From positions 1 through 64,000 of the forward strand of contig CAVVCZ010000002.1 of the NCBI GenBank assembly GCA_963746845.1: 64,000 nucleotides of DNA, in the 5' to 3' direction. Positions 29,482 to 40,107 of the stretch are shown piece by piece. Both the position numbers and the translations under genes were made by a program. The notes under the pieces were generated by a model. It did not search any database, was not told where the DNA came from, and worked only from the letters and a program-made list of their open reading frames with translations. The stretch's first letter is position 1. Each line of letters starts with the position of its first letter. The stretch comes from an uncultured Chloroflexia bacterium. Lineage in GTDB: Bacteria > Chloroflexota > Limnocylindria > Limnocylindrales > CSP1-4.

Positions 29482-30795
29482 TCAGAGCGGGTCGCGGATG
29501 AGCGGGCAGGTCATGCAATGGCCGCCGCCGCGGCCCTTGCCGATCTCCGAGCCATCGATGGTCAGGACCTCGATCCCGGCCTTGCGCATCAGCGCATTCG
29601 TGTACTCGTTGCGCTCGTACGCGACGACCACGCCGGGCTCGAGGGCGACGACGTTGTTGCCGTCGTCCCATTGCTCGCGTTCTGCCTGGGCCGGGTCGCC
29701 GCCGGTCTCGATGACCCGCAGCTGCTTGAGGCCCAGGGCATCCTGGATCGCGCCGAGGAAGGACGTCTCCTTGCGGATGTCCAGCTCGCCTTCGACATCG
29801 CTGGGGCGAAGGGAATACGCGGTGATGGTCGGGACGACCTTCGGGTAGAGGGTCACGCAGTCGCGGTCGAGGAACGTGAACACGGTGTCGAGGTGCATGT
29901 GGGCGCGGTCACGGGTCATCCCCGCCGCGATCACTCGGTCCGCCGCCCCGGCGTCGAACAGCGCCCGGGCGATCTTCTCGATCATCTGGCTCGTGGTCCG
30001 CTCGCTCATCCCGATGGCCACCGTCCGGTTGCCGATCGGCATGATGTCGCCGCCTTCGCTGCTGACGCGGCCGAACGACTCGCCCTCCCCCTCGCGGGAA
30101 TACCAGAAGGAGAAGTCGGCGTCGGCGAAGTCCGGGTGGAACCGGTAGATCGCCTCGAGGTTCAACGCCTCCAGCCGGCGGGCCGGCCAGTACATCGGGT
30201 TGACGACCACGCCGCCGTAGATCCAGGCGGATGGGTCGCGGGTGAAGTAGCTGTTCGGCAGCGGCCGCAGGACGAAGTCGTCCGGCTCCATCGCGGAGAT
30301 CACGAGGGACCGTTTGGCGAGCTCGCCCGATCCCACCGAGACCCCGCGTGCCGTTTTGCCGCGGAGCAGCTCTGTCGCCTCCTGGACCGTGAGCCCGCCG
30401 ATCAGGTGATCGGCCAGCGTCGTCGGGTCGACCTCCTCCAGGTAGGCGCGGGCCTCGTCGACGACGCCCGCGCCGACCGTGAACGAGGTGACCGCCCGGT
30501 CGAGGACCCAGGACCGCCCCTTCGGGTCGGCCAATGCCCCGGCGAGGAGCTCTTCCAGGTAGACGACCTCGGTCCCGCGGTCACGGATCAGGTCGGCGAA
30601 CGCATCGTGTTGCTGGCGGGCGCGCCGAACCCACAGGACGTCGTCGAAGAGCAGATCGTCGTGGTTGCCGGGGGTCAGGCGCTTCAGCTCCAGGTCCGGT
30701 CGGTGGACCATCACCTTGCGGAGCTTCCCCACCTCGGAGTGGACGCCCAGCGTGCCGGTCGTCGCGGCCGTCGCGGGCTGTTCGGCGGTAGTCAT
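29482..30795 (-). CDS. arcA: Arginine deiminase
   Basis: [42 protein letters not shown]. Confidence 0.97.
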   Translation of the reverse strand: MTTAEQPATAATTGTLGVHSEVGKLRKVMVHRPDLELKRLTPGNHDDLLFDDVLWVRRARQQHDAFADLIRDRGTEVVYLEELLAGALADPKGRSWVLDRAVTSFTVGAGVVDEARAYLEEVDPTTLADHLIGGLTVQEATELLRGKTARGVSVGSGELAKRSLVISAMEPDDFVLRPLPNSYFTRDPSAWIYGGVVVNPMYWPARRLEALNLEAIYRFHPDFADADFSFWYSREGEGESFGRVSSEGGDIMPIGNRTVAIGMSERTTSQMIEKIARALFDAGAADRVIAAGMTRDRAHMHLDTVFTFLDRDCVTLYPKVVPTITAYSLRPSDVEGELDIRKETSFLGAIQDALGLKQLRVIETGGDPAQAEREQWDDGNNVVALEPGVVVAYERNEYTNALMRKAGIEVLTIDGSEIGKGRGGGHCMTCPLIRDPL

Positions 30796-30871
30796 CACGG
30801 TCCTCCCAGGCTTCCGCATCGGTTGGCCGGCACGGCAACGATTCCGATGCTCGGATCATGAGACAACGGCG

Positions 30872-30940
30872 GGATGCGTGCATCCGTCACCCGCGTCGGA
30901 TGCGTCCATTCTCCGACGCACCGTCCCGATTCGGACGATG
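30872..30940. promoter_or_regulatory. Nested inverted repeats upstream of arcA (candidate operator)
   Basis: ggatgc-gt-gcatcc (30872-30885), gcatccg-N10-cggatgc (30880-30903), cgtcc-N6-ggacg (~30923-30938). Confidence 0.35.
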
Positions 30941-30983
30941 ACCAGACCCTGCTAACGACACGTTCGTCCCCGCGACGGACGAC

Positions 30984-31817
30984 TCAAGCGGAGTGCGGGG
31001 CGACGGCCTCGCGCTTCCAGTGCCGCCCGAGCTGCCACAGCGCGACGTTCAGGGCGAGCACCCAGAGCAGGAGCAGGCTGATCACCAGGGCGACGATCAG
31101 CAGGATCGTCCGGAGCTGGTCCGTCGCGGCGTTGGCACGGGTCTGGCCGGCGACGATCCGATCGTTCAGCGTGCGGACGGCGGCGGACGCCTCGGTGAGG
31201 ACGGTCTGCAGCCTCGCGCCCGCCGCCGCCACGGCGGTCCCGGCGACCCTCGGGTCGCCCCCCTGCAACGCCTGCCAGGTCGACGTGATCGAGTCGTCGA
31301 TCGATTGGAGCTTGGCGTCGACGGCCGCCAGCGCATCGACCGGCTGATCGGGGACATCCAGGCCGGGCACGAACCGCGCCACGTTCTGGAGCGACGAGAC
31401 CGCGCCGGTCACGTTCTCTCGGAGCGCCCCGTAGCGGACGCGCAGGTCGCGATAGCCGTCGACGAACCCGCCGAGGCGATTCGAGAGCTTCGTCACCGCG
31501 TCAGGGGTGGGCACCGAGGCCGCGATCGCGCTCGCGTCGGTCCCGATGGACCCGGCCGAAACCGCCGCTGCGTCCAGGTTCCCCGCGACGGTGGCCGCCG
31601 CGTCGGTCGCCCGGTTGAAGCCTGCGTTGACGCCCGCAGCGAGGTCGTTGACCTTGCTGCCCACCGTTCCCAAGCCGATCCAGACCAGGACGATCAGGAT
31701 GGCACACACCACGATCCCGACGATGCCCGCGATCTGGGCCGCCGTGGCGGATCGGGTCGGAGGGCCTGTATCGACGACCTTGAACGGCGGCGGGTCGGTC
31801 GGTGTGGCCTCAGCCAT
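30984..31817 (-). CDS. Hypothetical membrane protein (TM - long helical region - TM)
   Basis: Hydrophobic helices near both termini; Ala-rich helical middle; GAGGGA RBS. Confidence 0.8.
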   Translation of the reverse strand: MAEATPTDPPPFKVVDTGPPTRSATAAQIAGIVGIVVCAILIVLVWIGLGTVGSKVNDLAAGVNAGFNRATDAAATVAGNLDAAAVSAGSIGTDASAIAASVPTPDAVTKLSNRLGGFVDGYRDLRVRYGALRENVTGAVSSLQNVARFVPGLDVPDQPVDALAAVDAKLQSIDDSITSTWQALQGGDPRVAGTAVAAAGARLQTVLTEASAAVRTLNDRIVAGQTRANAATDQLRTILLIVALVISLLLLWVLALNVALWQLGRHWKREAVAPHSA

Positions 31818-32077
31818 GATGGTCCCTCGGCGGAGCGTCGGAACGGCAACCGACGCGATCGGGCGTCGGGGCCGAGCCCCCGCCGATCATACGAGCCCGG
31901 GGACCCGATCTCGCCGGGGTGCGCCCGTTGGTCCCTCGTGGGGTCGGCGCCCTCGTCCAGCCGGTCCGCGAGGGCTAGCGTCCGTGGCGCCTCCGCCGTG
32001 CCCGCTCCCCAGTCGTGACCGGAGGTCCCGTGCTGCCGAGTCTCGGCGCCGAGGAAGGCCGGAGTCCGGAGGAACGC

Positions 32078-32482
32078 ATGACCAAGAGCCGCCCCATCGG
32101 GGCCACGATCCTTGCCGTCCTGGCGGGCGTCGCCCTGCTGCTCGCGATCGTCCACCTGCTGCAGGCGCTGGGGATCGTCCCGTACTTCGTGGGTCCGGTC
32201 GGCAGCCCCGCGAATGTCCGTGACTTCAGCCTCTGGTACACGCTGATGTGGGGCCTGATGATCTGGATCTGGGTGTGGGTCATCCAGCAGCTCTGGGTCG
32301 CGAGCCCGGAGGCCTGGCTGTTCCTGCTGATCGTCAGCGGGTTCAACATGATGTTCGACTTCATCAACATGGCCGTCGCGACGACGACGAGCTCGGACCT
32401 CACCGCCAGCTTCATCCTCAACCTGGTGATCTTCGGCTATACCCTGCTGCCCAGCACGAAGCGCGGGTTCAGCGTCGAGTAG
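32078..32482 (+). CDS. Small 4-TM membrane protein
   Basis: GGAGGA RBS; RPIGATILAVL...YTLLPSTKRGF; similar to 51636..52040. Confidence 0.82.
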   Translation: MTKSRPIGATILAVLAGVALLLAIVHLLQALGIVPYFVGPVGSPANVRDFSLWYTLMWGLMIWIWVWVIQQLWVASPEAWLFLLIVSGFNMMFDFINMAVATTTSSDLTASFILNLVIFGYTLLPSTKRGFSVE

Positions 32483-32588
32483 CGCACGTGGCTGACCGCG
32501 CCGGCGGGGCGCCGAGTCCACCTGATCGGAATGGATCCTTGTCCGTCGCACCGGCGGGACCTTCGAGCGATGGGATCGATCGCGCTGG

Positions 32589-32900
32589 ATGGGCATGATG
32601 GCCGCGATGGTCGCGATCCCGCTCCTTCGCACCCGGGTCGCCGGGATGGGGATCCGCCTCGAGCTGGGCAGCTGGACATACGGCAACGGCCGGACGCTCG
32701 ATGAGGCCGCGGACGACCTCGTCACGCGGTTGACGTCGCAGGCCCTGGCGATCCGGTCCGGCGGGCTGCGTCTCCACGCCGAGGTGCCGCTGCCCGACCG
32801 GGCATACCTCGACTTCCTCTGGGAGCTCGGCGAGGTTGCCCGCGAGCCCGACCGGGTCCGCGCGAGGCTGTTCGGGGGCGGCGACCGAACCTTCGGATAA
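32589..32900 (+). CDS. Hypothetical protein with weak HicB-like N-terminal motif
   Basis: YGNGRTLDEAADDL; plausible codon usage; start uncertain. Confidence 0.6.
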   Translation: MGMMAAMVAIPLLRTRVAGMGIRLELGSWTYGNGRTLDEAADDLVTRLTSQALAIRSGGLRLHAEVPLPDRAYLDFLWELGEVAREPDRVRARLFGGGDRTFG

Positions 32901-33072
32901 GCCGAAGCCGCACCCGACCGCGGCGACCCGGCGACGCGACCTGACCCCGCTCGCGACCCCGAGCGAGCGGGCGGGCCACCCCTGCCGAACGCCTGCGCGC
33001 GCCATGGGCGCGGCGGCCGAGCCGGGCGACAGTGACGACTCCAGCATGTCACTGCCTTTGGGGGCACCCGCC

Positions 33073-35439
33073 ATGAGCTCCGACCGCCTCGACCGAACCC
33101 ATCTGCCGATCCCGGATCCGCAATGGGTCGGCGTCACGACCTACGACGCGAAGGACCCGGACACGCAGTTCCCGCCGATCACTCCGGTCCGGCCACCGGA
33201 CGGCGCCCCCAACGTCGTGATCATCCTGCTCGACGACGCCGGGTTCGGCGCGTCCAGTGCGTTCGGCGGCCCGTGCAATACGCCGGCGTTTGAGCGACTC
33301 GCCGCCGAAGGCCTGAAGTACACGCGCTTCCACACGACGGCGCTCTGCTCGCCGACGCGCGCGGCCCTCCTGAGCGGTCGCAACCACCACAGCGTCGGCA
33401 TGGGCGGGATCACGGAGATCGCGACCTCGGCTCCGGGCTACAGCTCCGTGCGGCCGAAGGACAAGGCGCCCCTGGCCGAGACCCTCCGGCACAACGGCTA
33501 CTCGACGGCGCAGTTCGGCAAGTGCCACGAGGTCCCGGTCTGGGAGACGAGCCCGATGGGTCCGTTCGACCGCTGGCCCTCGCCGGGCAACGGCTTCGAG
33601 CACTTCTACGGCTTCATCGGAGGCGAGACGAACCAGTACGCCCCGGCGCTGTATCGAGACACCGTCCCGGTCGAACCGGATCGAACGCCCGAGGAGGGCT
33701 ACCACTTCACCGAGGACATGACTGACCGGGCGATCGAATGGGTCGGCCAGCAGAAGGCGTTGATGCCGGACAAGCCGTTCTTCGTCTACTACGCCCCGGG
33801 CGCGACGCACGCGCCGCACCATGTGCCGCTCGAGTGGTCGGCAAAGTACAAGGGCCAGTTCGACGACGGATGGGACGCCCTGCGCGAGCGGACGTTCGCC
33901 CGCCAGAAGGAGCTCGGCGTCATCCCGCCGGACGCGGAGCTGACCGCGCGACCCGACGAGATCCCGTCGTGGGAATCGATCGCCGACGACCTCAAGCCGG
34001 TCCTCGCTCGCCAGATGGAGGTCTACGCCGGCTTCATGGAGCACACCGACCACCACGCCGGTCGCTTCATCGACGCCCTGGCGGAGCTCGACGTCCTCGA
34101 CAACACGCTGGTCTTCTGCATGATCGGCGACAACGGCGCCTCGGCCGAGGGCACGCCCCGGGGGACCTTCAATGAGCTGCTGGTCCTCAATGGCGCCGCC
34201 GCGATGGAGACGACCGAGTTCATGGCCTCGCGCATCGACAAGTTCGGCACGCCCGAGGCCTACAACCACTACGCGGTCGGCTGGGCCCACGCGATGGATA
34301 CGCCGTACCAGTGGACGAAGCAGGTCGCCTCGCATTGGGGCGGGACCCGGAACGGCACGATCGTTCGCTGGCCCGAGGGGATCCAGGCGAAGGGCGAGAT
34401 CCGCAACCAGTTCCACCACGTGATCGACGTGGCCCCCACGATCCTGGAGGCAGCCGGGCTGCCGGCGCCGTCGTTCGTGAACGGGATCCAGCAGGCACCG
34501 CTGGAGGGCATCTCGATGGCGTATTCGTTCGGCGACGCGGGAGCCGCCGATCGGCACACCACGCAGTACTTCGAGATGTTCGTCAACCGCGGCATCTACC
34601 ACCAGGGCTGGACGGCGGTCACGCGCCACTCCACGCCGTGGGTGGTCGGGCCACAGCTGCCGGCCTACGACGACGACGTCTGGGAGCTGTACGCCCCCGA
34701 CGACTGGACGCAGGCCCGTGACCTGGCCGCGGAGCAGCCGGAACGGCTCGCCCACCTGCAGCGGCTGTTCCTGATCGAGGCGGGCAAGTACAACGTCCTG
34801 CCTCTCGACGACCGTCGCGTGGAGCGCTTCAACCCCGATCTTGCCGGCCGGCCGCAGCTCCTCCACGGCAACCGCCAGATCCTGTTCGGCGGCATGGGCC
34901 GCCTGAGCGAGAACTCGGTCATCGTGATGAAGAACAAGTCGTATGCCGTCACGGCGCAGATCGTGGTGCCCGAGGGCGGCGCCAGCGGCACGGTCGTCGC
35001 CCAGGGCGGCGCGTTCGGCGGCTGGAGCCTCTACCTCAAGGATGGCCGGCCGGCCCACTGCTACAACCTCTTCGGCCTGCAGCAGTTCAAGGTCTACGGC
35101 GACGATCCTGTTCCAGCGGGCGAACACCAGGTCCGCGTCGAGTTCGCGTACGACGGTGGCGGCCTGGCCAAGGGCGGCACCGCCACGCTGCTGGTCGACG
35201 GAGCGAAGGTCGGCGAGGGCCGAATCGCCGCGACCGTTCCGATGGTCTTCTCGGCTGACGAGACGTGCGACGTCGGCAGCGACACGGGCACTCCCGTGAC
35301 GGACGACCTGACCTCGGCCGAGACGGTGTTCACCGGGCGCGTGAAGTGGGTCGAGATCGACCTCGGCGACGCGGCGGAGGACGCGGACCACCTGATCTCC
35401 GCGGAAGAGCGCTATCGCGTGGCCATGGCTCGCCAATGA
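33073..35439 (+). CDS. Arylsulfatase (Cys-type) with C-terminal beta-sandwich extension
   Basis: PNVVIILLDDAG, CSPTRAALLSGR, FGKCH, GATHAPH, GDNG, HHVIDVAPT. Confidence 0.95.
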   Translation: MSSDRLDRTHLPIPDPQWVGVTTYDAKDPDTQFPPITPVRPPDGAPNVVIILLDDAGFGASSAFGGPCNTPAFERLAAEGLKYTRFHTTALCSPTRAALLSGRNHHSVGMGGITEIATSAPGYSSVRPKDKAPLAETLRHNGYSTAQFGKCHEVPVWETSPMGPFDRWPSPGNGFEHFYGFIGGETNQYAPALYRDTVPVEPDRTPEEGYHFTEDMTDRAIEWVGQQKALMPDKPFFVYYAPGATHAPHHVPLEWSAKYKGQFDDGWDALRERTFARQKELGVIPPDAELTARPDEIPSWESIADDLKPVLARQMEVYAGFMEHTDHHAGRFIDALAELDVLDNTLVFCMIGDNGASAEGTPRGTFNELLVLNGAAAMETTEFMASRIDKFGTPEAYNHYAVGWAHAMDTPYQWTKQVASHWGGTRNGTIVRWPEGIQAKGEIRNQFHHVIDVAPTILEAAGLPAPSFVNGIQQAPLEGISMAYSFGDAGAADRHTTQYFEMFVNRGIYHQGWTAVTRHSTPWVVGPQLPAYDDDVWELYAPDDWTQARDLAAEQPERLAHLQRLFLIEAGKYNVLPLDDRRVERFNPDLAGRPQLLHGNRQILFGGMGRLSENSVIVMKNKSYAVTAQIVVPEGGASGTVVAQGGAFGGWSLYLKDGRPAHCYNLFGLQQFKVYGDDPVPAGEHQVRVEFAYDGGGLAKGGTATLLVDGAKVGEGRIAATVPMVFSADETCDVGSDTGTPVTDDLTSAETVFTGRVKWVEIDLGDAAEDADHLISAEERYRVAMARQ

Positions 35440-37103
35440 CGTCTGACCGGGGATCGACTCCCGCACCGCTCGAACCGGCGTCCTCCGCCGCCCCTGCGGG
35501 CGTCCCTGCGAACGGCGGCCCGATCCTCGCGTCCCTGATCATCGTTGCCGCGGTCGCGAACCTCAACCTCTCGGTCGCGAACGTTGCGCTGCCCACGATC
35601 GGCCTCGCGTTCAACTCGTCACAGACGCAGTTGAACCTGGTCGCCGTCGGCTATTCCCTGGGCCTCGCCGCGTCCGTGCTGTGGCTGGGCGCCCTCGGCG
35701 ATCGCTACGGCCGGAAGACGATGCTGTTGCTCGGCATCGGGCTGTCGATCCCGGCCTGCATCGTCGCCGCGTTCGCTCCAACCATCGAGATCCTGATCGT
35801 CGCCCGGATCGTCGGCGGCATCTCCGCCGGCATGGCCTATCCGACGACGCTGGCGCTGATCACCGCGCTGTGGGCTCCGGGCCCGGCACGAACCCATTCG
35901 ATCGCCCTCTGGTCGGCGCTCGGCGGCGCCATCGCGGCGCTCGGTCCCCTGGTCGCCGGCGTCCTGCTCGAGCGGTTCGTCTGGGGATCGGTCTTTCTCG
36001 TCACGCTCCCGCTCGCCGCCCTGGCGCTCGTCATGGCGTGGCGCAACGTGCCCGCCCACGTCAACGAGACAGACGATCCGGTCGACAACCTCGGCGGAAT
36101 CCTCTCGGCGGTGCTTGTCGGGGCGCTGATCCTCGCGATCAACTTCGCGCCAGTGCCGAACATGGGGACGCTCGTCATCGGGCTGGCGCTGATTGCGGTC
36201 GCCGCGACCGTCGGGTTCCTCGTCCGCCAGCGGCGGGCCCGCAACCCGCTCTACGACCTGGTGATCGCGGCGCGCCCCACGTTCTGGGTCGCGGCACTCG
36301 CGGGGATCATCGTGTTCGGCTCGCTGATGGGCGCGATGTTCATCGGTCAGCAGTACCTCCAGAACGTCCTTGCCTACACGACACTCCAGGCCGGCCTCGC
36401 GATCATCCCGGCCGCCTTGATGATGGTCATCGTGGCTCCCCGGTCCGCAAAGCTCGTCGAGGCCCGCGGAGCGCGGGCCACGCTGCTCCTCGGATACGTC
36501 TTCGTGATGCTCGGTTTCGTCACCATGCTCCTGCTCTGGCAGGACGGCAGCAGCTACCTCGTCGTCGCGATCGGTTACGGCATGGTGGGGATTGGCGTAG
36601 GGCTCGCGGGCACCCCGGCCTCGCGGTCCCTGACGGGCTCGGTCCCGGTCACCCGCGCCGGCATGGCGTCGGGGACCGCCGACCTCCAGCGGGACCTGGG
36701 CGGCGCGATCATGCAGTCGATCTTCGGCGCCCTCCTGACGGCGGGCTATGCCGCCGCCGCCACGGCCGCGCTCGCCGGCGTGCCGCCGAACCCGGACGTC
36801 ACGGCGAGCGTCCAGAGCCAGCTCACGATGTCCTTTGCGGGTGCCGCCAATATCGCGGCGCAATACCCGCAGTACAGCGCGGCGATCACCGCCGGGGCGA
36901 AGGAATCCTTCCTCGCAGGCGATCAGTGGGCATATCTGGCCGGCATCGTCGCCGTCGCCCTCGGCGCGGCACTCGTCGCATGGAAGTTCCCGCGCAAGGA
37001 CGAGGAACGCCGGCTGCTCGCCGAGTACCAGCGTGGGGCGGTCGCATCAACGCCCACCGAGTCGCCATCCATTCCCTCACCGGCACCGGCCGGCGTGTCC
37101 TGA
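35436..37103 (+). CDS. MFS transporter (DHA2-like)
   Basis: NVALPTI, GALGDRYGRK, GPLVAG; ATGA-coupled to sulfatase. Confidence 0.93.
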   Translation: MTSDRGSTPAPLEPASSAAPAGVPANGGPILASLIIVAAVANLNLSVANVALPTIGLAFNSSQTQLNLVAVGYSLGLAASVLWLGALGDRYGRKTMLLLGIGLSIPACIVAAFAPTIEILIVARIVGGISAGMAYPTTLALITALWAPGPARTHSIALWSALGGAIAALGPLVAGVLLERFVWGSVFLVTLPLAALALVMAWRNVPAHVNETDDPVDNLGGILSAVLVGALILAINFAPVPNMGTLVIGLALIAVAATVGFLVRQRRARNPLYDLVIAARPTFWVAALAGIIVFGSLMGAMFIGQQYLQNVLAYTTLQAGLAIIPAALMMVIVAPRSAKLVEARGARATLLLGYVFVMLGFVTMLLLWQDGSSYLVVAIGYGMVGIGVGLAGTPASRSLTGSVPVTRAGMASGTADLQRDLGGAIMQSIFGALLTAGYAAAATAALAGVPPNPDVTASVQSQLTMSFAGAANIAAQYPQYSAAITAGAKESFLAGDQWAYLAGIVAVALGAALVAWKFPRKDEERRLLAEYQRGAVASTPTESPSIPSPAPAGVS

Positions 37104-37136
37104 CCCGAGCCAGCTCACGGAGGTCACGTCCCCACC

Positions 37137-37560
37137 ATGGACCTGGGTCACATCGCCAGCTTCGATCTCGGCGAGGCCCGGACGGCGCGTGTTCGACTTC
37201 ATGTCGGCGTTCTCTCTGCCCTGGTACGCGGCGATCGGCGTCAACAAGGCGCTCGACGCTCAGCTGCCTTACGCCTGCATCCTGATCGGCGTCGTCGGGC
37301 CGACGGCCGGACAATTCCTGATCGACATCACGTCGGGGGTCACGCCGCAGCACTTCGTCCGGGGCGAGTGGTTCGTCGGGACCGCCGTCCTGACGAGCGT
37401 CGTCTACCTGATCGCCGATGCCGGCTTCGGGCTGACGATCTGGCCGGCGACGCTGATCGCGTTCGTCGTCGGCTTCGGGTTCCGCGTCGCGGCGCGCCAG
37501 TTCAAGTGGGAGGAGCCCCTGCCACGAAACGAGGAAGGGGCGGTCGCCCCGAGCTCATGA
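37137..37560 (+). pseudogene. Truncated TRIC/UPF0126-family membrane protein (only C-terminal half intact)
   Basis: GGAGG RBS + ATG 37137 (MDLGHIASFDLG) is out of frame with FDFMSAFSLPWYAAIGVNKAL...GPTAGQFLIDITSGVTP..FVRGEW, which is one half-repeat of the family. Confidence 0.6.
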
Positions 37561-37599
37561 CGGCGAATCAACGAGGCAACAACCATCAGGAGGTCTGAC

Positions 37600-39141
37600 A
37601 TGCCGAACGGGAAGCCGAACATCGTCGTCATCTGGGGCGACGACATCGGGATCACGAACCTGAGCTGCTACAGCGATGGATTGATGGGCTACCGGACGCC
37701 GAACATCGATCGCGTCGCCAACGAGGGCATGCGGTTCACCGACTCCTACGGTGAGCAGAGCTGCACGGCGGGCCGCTCGTCGTTCATCACCGGCCAGAGC
37801 GTCTTCCGGACCGGGCTCAGCAAGGTCGGCATGCCGGGCGCGGATGTCGGACTCCAGCCCGAGGATCCGACGATCGCCGAGCTGCTCAAGCCGTTGGGCT
37901 ATGCGACTGGCCAGTTCGGGAAGAACCACCTCGGCGACCTGAACAAGTACTTGCCGACGGCGCACGGATTCGACGAGTTCTTCGGCAATCTCTACCACCT
38001 CAATGCCGAGGAGGAGCCGGAGCTGCCGAACTATCCGCCGGAGAAGGACTTCCCGAACTTCAAGGCCCGGTTCGGACCGCGCGGCGTCATCCGCTCGTGG
38101 GCGACCGACGTGGACGACGCGACCGAGGATCCCCGCTTCGGCCGGGTCGGCAAGCAGCGCATCGAGGACACCGGGCCGCTGACGAAGAAGCGGATGGAGA
38201 CGATCGATGACGAGATCATCGCCGCGGCGAAGGACTTCATCAAGCGCCAGCACGCGAGCGGCACGCCGTTCTTCACCTGGGTCAACACGACCCACATGCA
38301 CTTCCGGACACACACCAAGCCCGAGAGCATCGGTCAGGCGGGACGCTGGCAGTCGCCCTACCACGACGCCATGGTCGACCACGACAAGAACGTGGGCGAG
38401 GTGCTCGACCTCATCGACGAGCTCGGCCTGACCGAGGACACGATCGTCATCTACTCGACCGACAACGGGCCCCACATGAACACCTGGCCGGACGGTGCCA
38501 TGACCCCCTTCCGGAGCGAGAAGAACACCAACTGGGAGGGTGCCTTCCGCGTCCCCGAGATGGTCCGCTGGCCCGGACACATCCCTGCAGGCGCTGTGTC
38601 CAACGAGATCATCCAGCACCACGATTGGCTGCCGACGTTCCTCGCTGCCGCGGGCGAACCCGATGTCGTCGAGAAGCTGAAGAAGGGCCACAAGGCCGGT
38701 GACGCGACCTTCAAGGTCCATATCGACGGCTACAACTTCCTGCCGTACCTGACCGGCGAGCAGGAGAAGGGCCCACGCCAGGGGTTCATCTACTTCTCGG
38801 ACGACGGCGACGTCCTCGGAATCCGGTTCGACAATTGGAAGGTCGTCTTCATGGAGCAGCGCCGCCAGGGCACGCTCGAGATCTGGTTCGAACCGTTCAC
38901 CGTCCTGCGCGTCCCCAAGCTGTTCAACCTCCGCATGGACCCGTTCGAGCGGGCGGACATCACGTCGAACACGTACTGGGACTGGTTCGCGGACAACGAC
39001 TACCTCGCCCTCGCGGCAACGACCTTGACCGCCCAGTTCCTGGCGACGTTCAAGGACTTCCCGCCCCGCCAGCGGGCAGCCAGCTTCACGATCGACCAGG
39101 TCGTGGAGAAGCTCGAGGCTGCCCTGACGGCCGGTCACTGA
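37600..39141 (+). CDS. Arylsulfatase (Cys-type)
   Basis: KPNIVVIWGDDIG, TPNID, SCTAGRSSFITG, FGKNHLG, STDNG; AGGAGG RBS; no signal peptide. Confidence 0.96.
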   Translation: MPNGKPNIVVIWGDDIGITNLSCYSDGLMGYRTPNIDRVANEGMRFTDSYGEQSCTAGRSSFITGQSVFRTGLSKVGMPGADVGLQPEDPTIAELLKPLGYATGQFGKNHLGDLNKYLPTAHGFDEFFGNLYHLNAEEEPELPNYPPEKDFPNFKARFGPRGVIRSWATDVDDATEDPRFGRVGKQRIEDTGPLTKKRMETIDDEIIAAAKDFIKRQHASGTPFFTWVNTTHMHFRTHTKPESIGQAGRWQSPYHDAMVDHDKNVGEVLDLIDELGLTEDTIVIYSTDNGPHMNTWPDGAMTPFRSEKNTNWEGAFRVPEMVRWPGHIPAGAVSNEIIQHHDWLPTFLAAAGEPDVVEKLKKGHKAGDATFKVHIDGYNFLPYLTGEQEKGPRQGFIYFSDDGDVLGIRFDNWKVVFMEQRRQGTLEIWFEPFTVLRVPKLFNLRMDPFERADITSNTYWDWFADNDYLALAATTLTAQFLATFKDFPPRQRAASFTIDQVVEKLEAALTAGH

Positions 39142-39143
39142 CG

Positions 39144-40070
39144 ATGACCGATCCACTCTCGTCCTGGAACGACACGGCGACGAAGGCGGCCATCACCGCC
39201 TTCGTCGACCGGGTCACGTCAGGCCCGGATGCCGTCCCGGTCGAGGAGCGTGTTGCGGTCTTCGACAACGACGGCACGCTGTGGACCGAGAAGCCGATGC
39301 CGACCGAGCTCGTCTTCATCCTCCAGCGGCTCGCCGCGATGGCGGAATCCGACGCGGCCCTTCGCGACCGGCAGCCATGGAAGGCCGCATACGACAAGGA
39401 CTACGCCTGGCTGGCCGGCGTCATCGACAAGCACTACGGCGGCGACGACACCGACGTGAAGATCCTGATGGGCGGGATCATCGCGGCGTTCGCCGGCATG
39501 AACGTCGACGACTACGGAACGGCCGCGGGGGCGTTCGTCGACCAGCACCACCCCACGCTCAGTCGCCCGTTTCGGACGCTCGGCTACCAGCCGATGGTCG
39601 AGCTGCTCCGATACCTCGAGGCGAACGGCTTCACCACGCTGATCGCCTCCGGCGGCAACCGCGACTTCATGCGCGGCTTCGCGTGGGACGTCTACCGCCT
39701 TCCGCCCGAACGGATCATCGGCAGCTCGAACGAGCTCCAGTTCGTGCCCGAGGACGGCTCGATCGTCTATGCCGCCGCGCCGGACATCTTCGACGACGGA
39801 CCGGCGAAGCCGATCCGGATCTGGAGCCGGCTCGGCCGGCGCCCCTTGATTGCGGGCGGCAACTCGAACGGCGATGTGCCGATGCTCCAGTTCGCCGGTG
39901 GCCCGGCCCGGCCAGGCCTCCGGCTGCTCGTCCTCCACGACGATCCGGTCCGCGAGTTCGACTACGTCAAGGGCGCGGAGAAGGCCCTCGACACCGCACG
40001 ATCGGAAGGCTGGACCGTCATCAGCGTCAAGGACGACTGGGCAAGGGTCTTCGCCGACCACCCCGGGTGA
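39144..40070 (+). CDS. HAD-superfamily hydrolase
   Basis: VFDNDGTLW, ASGG, GNSNGD. Confidence 0.92.
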   Translation: MTDPLSSWNDTATKAAITAFVDRVTSGPDAVPVEERVAVFDNDGTLWTEKPMPTELVFILQRLAAMAESDAALRDRQPWKAAYDKDYAWLAGVIDKHYGGDDTDVKILMGGIIAAFAGMNVDDYGTAAGAFVDQHHPTLSRPFRTLGYQPMVELLRYLEANGFTTLIASGGNRDFMRGFAWDVYRLPPERIIGSSNELQFVPEDGSIVYAAAPDIFDDGPAKPIRIWSRLGRRPLIAGGNSNGDVPMLQFAGGPARPGLRLLVLHDDPVREFDYVKGAEKALDTARSEGWTVISVKDDWARVFADHPG

Positions 40071-40107
40071 CCGGCGAGGCGGTCGCCCGCGCGTCGAGGC
40101 ATCCACG

